Source: Macrostomum lignano
Lineage: Eukaryota
Assembly (NCBI GenBank): GCA_002269645.1
Contig: NIVC01001190.1
Span: 62,001 to 126,000 of the forward strand
Length of the DNA stretch: 64,000 nt
Direction: 5' to 3'
Part shown: in pieces, positions 53,979 to 64,000 of the stretch
Layout of the letters: each line of letters begins with the position of its first letter
Position numbering within the stretch: the stretch's first letter is position 1
The notes under the pieces: model-generated
The model's input: only the letters and a program-made list of their open reading frames with translations
Told to the model about the DNA's origin: nothing
Databases searched by the model: none
Made by a program: the position numbers and the translations under genes

Positions 53979-54497
53979 TTTTACGAAGCCGATGAGTTCG
54001 TGCCGTAGTGTACTAAAATATCCGAGTTTAAGTGTATTCTTCTATAATTTAATTCGCTGCCTGTCAGCCACGATGGATCTATACAGGGAGCGGAGATTAA
54101 TTTACATGTATGTACTCGTATAAACATAAAAATTCATATCTTACTTCCTTGGCTCTTTCTTTACCAGTGGAATGGCCGTCTATGGCCAAAAGTCATTAAA
54201 TTGTTGCCTGAGAATTCAAAACGAGACCGATTGTAGAGCCACTCATTAATTTTTTTCTTGAAGCTGAAGTTTTTGATGAATACGCTGAGAATACGCTCGA
54301 AATCACGTGCGACATCACCCTTGGGCAGTCCAGCCCGATGAAGTGTCGTTGCTACAGATTGTCCAGCAGTCAAAAGTTGATATTCATGTCAATGTTTATA
54401 TCCACTTCTTCCATGTTGAAAATTGAATACTGAAGCAATCCACTCGCTCAGCAAATTCAGCCTACCCCTTCATTTTTCACAACTTTTCACAACTTTT

Positions 54498-57400
54498 GTT
54501 TTTTATTCAGGCTCGTATTTTGCGTTGGTTTAGCTTAAGCCTGTAGCAGAGAAAGTGGTCAAACTCGGGGAAAGTGGAAGTTAAAAAATTACTCCGGTAG
54601 GCATTTATTGCATTCCATTATATCAAGAATTTTTATTTAAATGTTAGATCTAGACTAGATCCCTTCCCTTGGTTCTATAAGGGATCCAAAGATCAAATAC
54701 TAAGTTTGCTGCTCATTCTGCTTTCCGTATACCTTGCTTGAGAAGCATATGGATCAGTAGGGAGTATGGCTAGTCTCGTTTAGATCTTCAACAGCAATAC
54801 TACAGCATGACATTTCAATGTATTTCAAGAGATTCAAACGGCCATTAGCTACGCTAGTAGCATTCAACAGCAGATTGGTTTCGACGCCACGCAATGTAAA
54901 ATTATTGGCGCAATGTTACGTCAGTACATGCGGAAGTATTTGTAATGCAGAACAGCGGCAGTAGCTAAATATTGACATCCGAAGTTTAATTTTGCGACAA
55001 TATTACACGCAATAAATAGCATTGACACCAAACGGTAAAAAGTAAAACACAAGAAAAGCACACGGAATTAAAAGTAAATAGTTTGCGTGGTAGGTTTGGA
55101 ATTAGATCAGTGAAACAGTAAGAAGCATAAACTTTTGAATCGCGAGTACGCGATATGCACCATCACAGTTCGCAGCTGGGCAAATTATTCTGAAGAGACA
55201 ACAACAAGGCAAACCGCCGGGGACTCAACAGAGTACAGTTCACAATGGAGGCGGTGTCAGATCAGTTTTCTCGGTGCGAGCTCTCTGAAGGCGGCAACAG
55301 AATTCCTAGCCGATCACCCCAGCGTCATCTAGCAAGCAATCCGCGTAGCGGCTCGCCCGGCCGTAGCCTCGGGGCCAGGGGCCCTGCATCGTGAGTAGCA
55401 GGACGTCCTGCACTGGTTGAGAACAGTAAGCCTCCGCCGAATGGTGTGGCCCGCCAGTTGAAGTCTTTGCCTGCGGAGGGTCTCGCTAGGTCGTCGCAGC
55501 AGTCTGGCAGCGCGGCGTCCTACAGGACAACTCGGATAGAGCGGAAGGCAACCCAGGCCAGGCCCCTGCGTCGCGCCAAGTCCTCCTGGACACTGGGCAC
55601 AAGACTGCCGAGGTACGTGAAGCGCGTGCAGCGAGGTAGAGCCAATGCACGATCGTCAGGCGTCCCAGCAGGTGATTTTGATAGGCAGCTCCGCAGGTAC
55701 ACATCACCTGCCTCTTCTCGATGTTCACCGCTAGCCCGACCGATGCCGCAGCTGCCACCAGGCTGTCTAGCATGCGCTGGGCTCCCTCAGCCGTAGAGGC
55801 AAACAGCTCCTGGGTTACGCCGACTCCAGATGGCGGCTGTTTGTTTGCAGCCACAGTAGGAAGCCGTCCTCATATGTTGGCAGGGCCCTCCGTAGCACCC
55901 CATCGAGCACCAAAACGAAAAGGTAGGCCGCAAGTGTGTCGCTCTGCAGCACCCTGAGGTCGTGTTGAACAGGTTGGACAGTACGTCAGGTGCCATTACG
56001 GCGGCGGTAGAGAGTTATGGTTGCTGCGACCAGTCGCTACGGCACGTAGAATGACCACAAGACCGATGCGAGGACATTCTGAAAAGAGGAAGGAGATAAA
56101 TTCTTCTTCACTTCTGAAAAGAATAGTTAAAGTTTAATTAGCAGAGCTACGAGGTGAGGCTGGAAAGAAGAAAAGGGGGGTCTGAAGGGGAGAAGAGGCT
56201 GGGGTCTAAAGGGGAGAAGAGGGTTTGAAGGGGAAGAGAGGGTGGGATCTGTAGGGGAGGAGAGGGTGGAATCTGAAGGGGAGGAGAGGGTGGGTACTGA
56301 ATGGAGGAGAGGGTCAGGTCTGAAGGGGAGGAAAGGGCTGGGTCTGAAGGGGAGAAAAAGGAGCAAAGCAAAGAGGAATAGCAAGGAGAATGGGGGACAA
56401 GGAGAATGGAGAAGGGAAATGGCAACAAGGATAGAGGAGGAAGGGAATGAAAAGGATAGAGGAGGAGGGGAAGTTCAGCAGGGAATATAAAAGAAAAAAC
56501 AGGAATAGAAGGAAGGTAAGAGAATAGCAAGGATGGGTAAGGAGAAGAATATCAAGGCTAGGGGAGAATAGCAAAGAGAAAAAGGGAGAGTGAAAGACCT
56601 TAAGCAAACTGACTTCAACTACTCAGAAGCTTCTAAAAGGAATATTTGAGCAACTATTAGCATATAAGGTAGGGCAGTTTAGCACAACTTGCCTAGTACG
56701 AGCTCGTAGATAGGTATATTAGGACTACTAGCCTTGTAGGGTACAGAGTTGTTTAGCAACTACTAGTCAGGTAGATAGAGTGGATTAGTACCTAGAAGAC
56801 TGGCAGGTTGACCCGCGAAGCCTAACAGACTATAAAGTAGATTAGCACCTATAAGTCTAGACGGTAGAATGATAGGTATTATATTTACTAGCCTAGTAGG
56901 TAGGATAGGCTACTAACCTAGTATAGTAGATAGAATCTAATCTAGGTTCATTATCCTGTTATTCCTCCTGTTATAGGAGGGTAGGAGCTGATGGCGGAGG
57001 CTAGGAGGGTAATAGTTGGTAGAGGAGGGTAGGAGCTGGTAGAAGAGAGAAGGGAAAGTGTCGAAGGGTAGAGCAGGGCAGGGGAGAGTAGAAGGTAGGA
57101 GGGTAGGAAATGGTAGAAGGGCAGAGAAGGGTAGGAGCTGGTAGAGGAGAGTAGGGGGTGAGGCTGGCAACGGAGGGTAAAGCCATAGACAAGGGTATAG
57201 CTGCAGAGGAGGGGAGGAGCTGGTAGAAGAGGGTAGAGAAGGGGTAGAGGGTAGAGAAGGATAGAGGTGTGTAGGATAGTAGAGGAGAGTAGGAGGATAA
57301 AGGGTAGAGAAGAGTAAGGAGAGGATAGAAAAGTAGAGGAGGGTAGGGGGGCTGTCTGGGAGGGTTTGCCTGGGAAAGCTGCCTTGAAAGGTTTGCCTGG

Positions 57401-59274
57401 GGGCTGCCTAGGAAAGATAGCCTAGAAGGACTGCCTGGGAGGAATTAATGATTAAAGCAACAAAAAAAGTATTCATAAAAATACAAACAGCACATGTGGA
57501 GTGCACGGGGTGTAGGGAGTGCAGGGGTGCAGGAGTTAAAGAAGTAGAATTCTGCTGGGGTTAGGGCTAGGATAGTGAAAGGGCCAGATCTGGGGGTCTA
57601 GGGCCAAGACTGGGATGGGGTAGGGCTGGCGCTGAGATGGGGTAGGGCTGGCACTGGGGTGGGGTAGGGCTGGGGCTGGAGTGGGGTAGGGCTGGGGCTG
57701 GAGTGGGGTAGGGCTGGCGCTAGGGTGGGGTAGGGCTGGCGATGGGGTGGGGTAGGGCTGACGCTGGGGTGGGGTAGGGCTTGGGTGGGGTAGGGCTGGG
57801 GCTAGGGCTAGGGCAAGGGCAAGGGCAGGGGCTGGGGCTAGGGCAGATGCAGGGGCAGGGGCAGGGGCTTAGGCTAAGGCTAGGGCAAGGGCTCGGGCAA
57901 GGGCTAGGGCTTGGGCTAAGGCTAGGGCTAGGGCTAAGGCTAGGGCAAGGGCTGGGGCAGGGGCAAGGGCTAGGCTAGGGCTAGGGCTTGGGCTTGGGCT
58001 TGGGCTAAGGCTAGGGCAAGGGCTTGGGCTAGGGCTAGGGCAAAGGCTGGGGCTGGGGCTAAGGCTGGGGCTTGGGCTTGGGCTAAGGCTAGGGCAAGGG
58101 CTAGGGCTAGGGCTTGGGCTTGGGCTTGGGCTAAGGCTAGGGCAAGGGCTTGGGCTAGGGCAAAGGCTGGGGCTGGGGCTAAGGCTGGGGCTTGGGCTCG
58201 GGCTAAGGCTAGGGCAAGGGCAAAGGCTGGGGCTAGGGCTGGGGCTAGGGCTGGTTCTAGGGCTGGGGCTAGGGCTGGGGCTAGGGCTGGGGCTAGGGCA
58301 AGGGCTAGGGCTGGGGCAGGATAGTGATAGGGCCAGAGCTGGGGCAGGGATAACAAGCACTAAGGCTAAGGCCAGGGCTAGGGGAGGAACTAAGGCTAGG
58401 GCTAAGGTTAGGGCTAGATTAGGGGCTGGGATAGAGTGGGATAGTGCTGGGGCTGGGCTAGTGCTTGAGCTTAAGCTAGAGCTGGCTGCTAGGGCTGTGG
58501 TGTGGCTAGAGCTTGAGCTGGGGCTTGATCTCAAGCTAGGGCTAAGCTGGGGCTAGGGCTAAGAGAATGAAGCCACAAATAAATGTAAAGCTATAAACAA
58601 GGGTAGAACCTAGTAGAAGAGGGTAGAGATAGGTTGAAGAGGATAGGATCAAAAGGTGAGGGGAGGGTAAAAAGGGTAGAAAAGAGTATAAGGATAGAAG
58701 ATAGAGAATAAGAAAAGAGGATATAGAAAGATGAAAAAAGGGTTACACCAAAGCATGCTAACTAAACATATTTTAATCCAATAAAAAGGCTAAATTAATG
58801 CTTTTATCTTTAGCCTAGGCTAAAGCTTAGGTAGGCTTAGCTATTTTGAATCAAATATAGACCTAATTAGAATATATTAATCCAAACCAAATATACTAAA
58901 TCTCTAATATTTGCTTGTAAGCTTAATTATTTATATTAGGCCTAGTAGGTAGGCTTCAAGTTTACTCACTAATTCATTAGTATAATAAATAGTATTATTA
59001 GGGTTCAACTTTTCTTTAGCCCTAGGCCTAGCACTATATATAACTTGGTATATATAAATTTTGGTAGGCTAGTATATTTAATTTTAAATTTCAATTCTAT
59101 TTAGCAATGATTTATTTTGGCTAGGCCTAGGGCTTAAATTAAATAGGTTTGATATCAAATCAAATAGTCAATTTTGTGTAAAATGGATTAAAAACTTAAT
59201 AGGCCTACATTAAAATTAAGTCCTTAAAGCTATAGAATTCTATCCTAGGCTAGATAGAATTAGGCCTTATACTA
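54498..59274 (-). repeat. Copy B (inverted) of the 4.8-kb unit
   Basis: Mirror ORFs; ends checked by eye. Confidence 0.95.
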
Positions 59275-60616
59275 TATCTAGACAAGGCATAGCTAATAGC
59301 TAATATAGGCAACTAATACTATAATGCTTTGGCTAGAAATATATCAACAATATAGACAAATCTGGCTCTGTTAATAAAAAATAATAACCCAGTCATATAC
59401 TAGCAAATGGTTTACTAGTCAAGCTCTATTTTTATTTAGCAATTAGAATTACTATTTATATAGAAATACCATTATATTATATAGATAGGTCTTGGATATA
59501 TGCGCCTTTTATATACCATAACACTAGATGAAGAAAAAGCATAAATTTTAGGGCCCATATTTTTAGGTGCATAGAACTGCTTAAATTAAATTAAGCCATT
59601 GGCATTGCCAATATATATATATAATGTAAAAAGGTGTAACTGTTTCAATGAAAGAACTTTTTCGTGCATATGTGCACAAATGTTTTCAATACAACGTAAA
59701 ATAAAGCCAGAAATACATGCAGTGCTACACCGCTATATTCATTGCTAGGCTGCAAGGCCGTGTTTTCCGAGGATAGAATGGCCTCATGAGTGGGACACAG
59801 CTGTGTCACTGGACTGTCTGGAAGCCGGCCTATTTAATATTATAATATAGCAATGAAATATACACTACTTTATAGCCAAGAACTTTTTCAAAGTCAAATA
59901 TTTTTTAAATGGCCAATACAATATTAGCATTATAGCTTACTTTATAGCAATATCTGGTTATTTTTTCTAATTAGGTCTAAACCTAGAATTGCACTCACTC
60001 TTAGTCTCTCTTACTCTCTAGAATAAAAACTGATATTTTTTGCATATGACTATATGGGAAGCAAAGGCTTACTTTTTTCTACTCAACTCAACTCACTCAA
60101 CTACTAGGCCTACCACCTACCTACTACTCAACTTCTACCTGGCTAGGCCCACTGGGGCTGGCCTAGGCCTAGGAGTAGGAGTAGCCCCCCCCCCTATACC
60201 AAGTGGCTAGATTACCTTTTAAACAACACAATTAACTTGACCTAAATAAACCAGACTTGTTAGTTCGTTTAATACCATAGTATTAGAATTTAGAATTAGA
60301 ACCAATTATTTTATTAAAAAATCTAATTCAATGGTCTAATTCAATGCCTTATAGTAGTAAGCCTAGTTTAGGCATTTCATGTGTAGGCTTAGCCACACAG
60401 CCTTCACCCCAGCTCAGTTTTAGAACTACATGGATTTTAGACCCTAGTTTCCTAGTTGCCGGCCAGCAGCACGCACGCACGTGCACTGCCTTCAGCGAGT
60501 AGAAAGCATTTAAATTTAAGCTGCAAGGGCCTAGGCCTACCGTCATGATGCATGTCTAAAACTAACTAACAAGAAACCCAGAGCAGAAAGAGAGTCCTGC
60601 AACAAGCTACTAAAAC

Positions 60617-63600
60617 ACTACAGCATGACATTTCAATGTATTTCAAGAGATTCAAACGGCCATTAGCTACGCTAGTAGCATTCAACAGCAGATTGGTTTC
60701 GACGCCACGCAATGTAAAATTATTGGCGCAATGTTACGTCAGTACATGCGGAAGTATTTGTAATGCAGAACAGCGGCAGTAGCTAAATATTGACATCCGA
60801 AGTTTAATTTTGCGACAATATTACACGCAATAAATAGCATTGACACCAAACGGTAAAAAGTAAAACACAAGAAAAGCACACGGAATTAAAAGTAAATAGT
60901 TTGCGTGGTAGGTTTGGAATTAGATCAGTGAAACAGTAAGAAGCATAAACTTTTGAATCGCGAGTACGCGATATGCACCATCACAGTTCGCAGCTGGGCA
61001 AATTATTCTGAAGAGACAACAACAAGGCAAACCGCCGGGGACTCAACAGAGTACAGTTCACAATGGAGGCGGTGTCAGATCAGTTTTCTCGGTGCGAGCT
61101 CTCTGAAGGCGGCAACAGAATTCCTAGCCGATCACCCCAGCGTCATCTAGCAAGCAATCCGCGTAGCGGCTCGCCCGGCCGTAGCCTCGGGGCCAGGGGC
61201 CCTGCATCGTGAGTAGCAGGACGTCCTGCACTGGTTGAGAACAGTAAGCCTCCGCCGAATGGTGTGGCCCGCCAGTTGAAGTCTTTGCCTGCGGAGGGTC
61301 TCGCTAGGTCGTCGCAGCAGTCTGGCAGCGCGGCGTCCTACAGGACAACTCGGATAGAGCGGAAGGCAACCCAGGCCAGGCCCCTGCGTCGCGCCAAGTC
61401 CTCCTGGACACTGGGCACAAGACTGCCGAGGTACGTGAAGCGCGTGCAGCGAGGTAGAGCCAATGCACGATCGTCAGGCGTCCCAGCAGGTGATTTTGAT
61501 AGGCAGCTCCGCAGGTACACATCACCTGCCTCTTCTCGATGTTCACCGCTAGCCCGACCGATGCCGCAGCTGCCACCAGGCTGTCTAGCATGCGCTGGGC
61601 TCCCTCAGCCGTAGAGGCAAACAGCTCCTGGGTTACGCCGACTCCAGATGGCGGCTGTTTGTTTGCAGCCACAGTAGGAAGCCGTCCTCATATGTTGGCA
61701 GGGCCCTCCGTAGCACCCCATCGAGCACCAAAACGAAAAGGTAGGCCGCAAGTGTGTCGCTCTGCAGCACCCTGAGGTCGTGTTGAACAGGTTGGACAGT
61801 ACGTCAGGTGCCATTACGGCGGCGGTAGAGAGTTATGGTTGCTGCGACCAGTCGCTACGGCACGTAGAATGACCACAAGACCGATGCGAGGACATTCTGA
61901 AAAGAGGAAGGAGATAAATTCTTCTTCACTTCTGAAAAGAATAGTTAAAGTTTAATTAGCAGAGCTACGAGGTGAGGCTGGAAAGAAGAAAAGGGGGGGC
62001 CTGAAGGGGAGAAGAGGCTGGGGTCTAAAGGGGAGAAGAGGGTTTGAAGGGGAAGAGAGGGTGGGATCTGTAGGGGAGGAGAGGGTGGAATCTGAAGGGG
62101 AGGAGAGGGTGGGTACTGAATGGAGGAGAGGGTCAGGTCTGAAGGGGAGGAAAGGGCTGGGTCTGAAGGGGAGAAAAAGGAGCAAAGCAAAGAGGAATAG
62201 CAAGGAGAATGGGGGACAAGGAGAATGGAGAAGGGAAATAGCAACAAGGATAGAGGAGGAAGGGAATGAAAAGGATAGAGGAGGAGGGGAAGTTCAGCAG
62301 GGAATATAAAAGAAAAAAACAGGAATAGAAGGAAGGTAAGAGAATAGCAAGGATGGGTAAGGAGAAGAATATCAAGGCTAGGGGAGAATAGCAAAGAGAA
62401 AAAGGGAGAGTGAAAGACCTTAAGCAAACTGACTTCAACTACTCAGAAGCTTCTAAAAGGAATATTTGAGCAACTATTAGCATATAAGGTAGGGCAGTTT
62501 AGCACAACTTGCCTAGTACGAGCTCGTAGATAGGTATATTAGGACTACTAGCCTTGTAGGGTACAGAGTTGTTTAGCAACTACTAGTCAGGTAGATAGAG
62601 TGGATTAGTACCTAGAAGACTGGCAGGTTGACCCGCGAAGCCTAACAGACTATAAAGTAGATTAGCACCTATAAGTCTAGACGGTAGAATGATAGGTATT
62701 ATATTTACTAGCCTAGTAGGTAGGATAGGCTACTAACCTAGTATAGTAGATAGAATCTAATCTAGGTTCATTATCCTGTTATTCCTCCTGTTATAGGAGG
62801 GTAGGAGCTGATGGCGGAGGCTAGGAGGGTAATAGTTGGTAGAGGAGGGTAGGAGCTGGTAGAAGAGAGAAGGGAAAGTGTCGAAGGGTAGAGCAGGGCA
62901 GGGGAGAGTAGAAGGTAGGAGGGTAGGAAATGGTAGAAGGGCAGAGAAGGGTAGGAGCTGGTAGAGGAGAGTAGGGGGTGAGGCTGGCAACGGAGGGTAA
63001 AGCCATAGACAAGGGTATAGCTGCAGAGGAGGGGAGGAGCTGGTAGAAGAGGGTAGAGAAGGGGTAGAGGGTAGAGAAGGATAGAGGTGTGTAGGATAGT
63101 AGAGGAGAGTAGGAGGATAAAGGGTAGAGAAGAGTAAGGAGAGGATAGAAAAGTAGAGGAGGGTAGGGGGGCTGTCTGGGAGGGTTTGCCTGGGAAAGCT
63201 GCCTTGAAAGGTTTGCCTGGGGGCTGCCTAGGAAAGATAGCCTAGAAGGACTGCCTGGGAGGAATTAATGATTAAAGCAACAAAAAAGTATTCATAAAAA
63301 TACAAACAGCACATGTGGAGTGCACGGGGTGTAGGGAGTGCAGGGGTGCAGGAGTTAAAGAAGTAGAATTCTGCTGGGGTTAGGGCTAGGATAGTGAAAG
63401 GGCCAGATCTGGGGGTCTAGGGCCAAGACTGGGATGGGGTAGGGCTGGCGCTGAGATGGGGTAGGGCTGGCACTGGGGTGGGGTAGGGCTGGGGCTGGAG
63501 TGGGGTAGGGCTGGGGCTGGAGTGGGGTAGGGCTGGCGCTAGGGTGGGGTAGGGCTGGCGCTAGGGTGGGGTAGGGCTGGCGATGGGGTGGGGTAGGGCT

Positions 63601-64000
63601 GACGCTGGGGTGGGGTAGGGCTTGGGTGGGGTAGGGCTGGGGCAAGGGCTAGGGCAAGGGCAAGGGCAGGGGCTGGGGCTAGGGCAGATGCAGGGGCAGG
63701 GGCAGGGGCTTAGGCTAAGGCTAGGGCAAGGGCTCGGGCAAGGGCTAGGGCTTGGGCTAAGGCTAGGGCTAGGGCTAAGGCTAGGGCAAGGGCTGGGGCA
63801 GGGGCAAGGGCTAGGCTAGGGCTAGGGCTTGGGCTTGGGCTTGGGCTAAGGCTAGGGCAAGGGCTTGGGCTAGGGCTAGGGCAAAGGCTGGGGCTGGGGC
63901 TAAGGCTGGGGCTTGGGCTTGGGCTTGGGCTAAGGCTAGGGCAAGGGCTAGGGCTAGGGCTTGGGCTTGGGCTTGGGCTTGGGCTAAGGCTAGGGCAAGG
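60617..64000 (-). repeat. Copy C, a direct repeat of copy B from 54799; runs off the window
   Basis: Starts actacagcatgacatttc as at 54799; identical ORFs at an offset of 5818. Confidence 0.95.

Noticed and set aside
48505-58560. Telomere-telomere fusion scar
   Set aside because: Polarity is opposite to a fusion (C-rich left, G-rich right), and the units are not canonical TTAGGG.

Overview
Repeat-rich animal genomic DNA. Gene style and TE content resemble a Macrostomum-like flatworm (inference). Host genes: (1) a plus-strand tensin-like SH2-PTB gene (phase-consistent exons about 3.9-12.6 kb) with a secreted PAN/apple + C-type lectin gene nested antisense in one intron; (2) a tandem ~5.9 kb duplicate of its 3' part (21.2-27.1 kb), in which the host is 5'-truncated but the lectin is intact, whereas the first copy's lectin has a nonsense codon; (3) the 3' exons of SF3B1 (minus, 40.5-44.1 kb), carrying a 1-nt frameshift and an apparent 47-nt in-frame micro-inversion. 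Between the duplicates is a TE nest: an RTE fragment, a DIRS/Ngaro element interrupted by a young internally deleted Gypsy, and an RNase H LINE. The rest is satellites, MITEs, a captured KDM3 JmjC fragment, a palindrome with 1.8-kb arms and an inverted-plus-direct triplication of a 4.8-kb unit. The most unusual signal is a RIP-like CpA>TpA/TpG>TpA mutational signature over 45-64 kb. All coordinates and alignments were made by eye.
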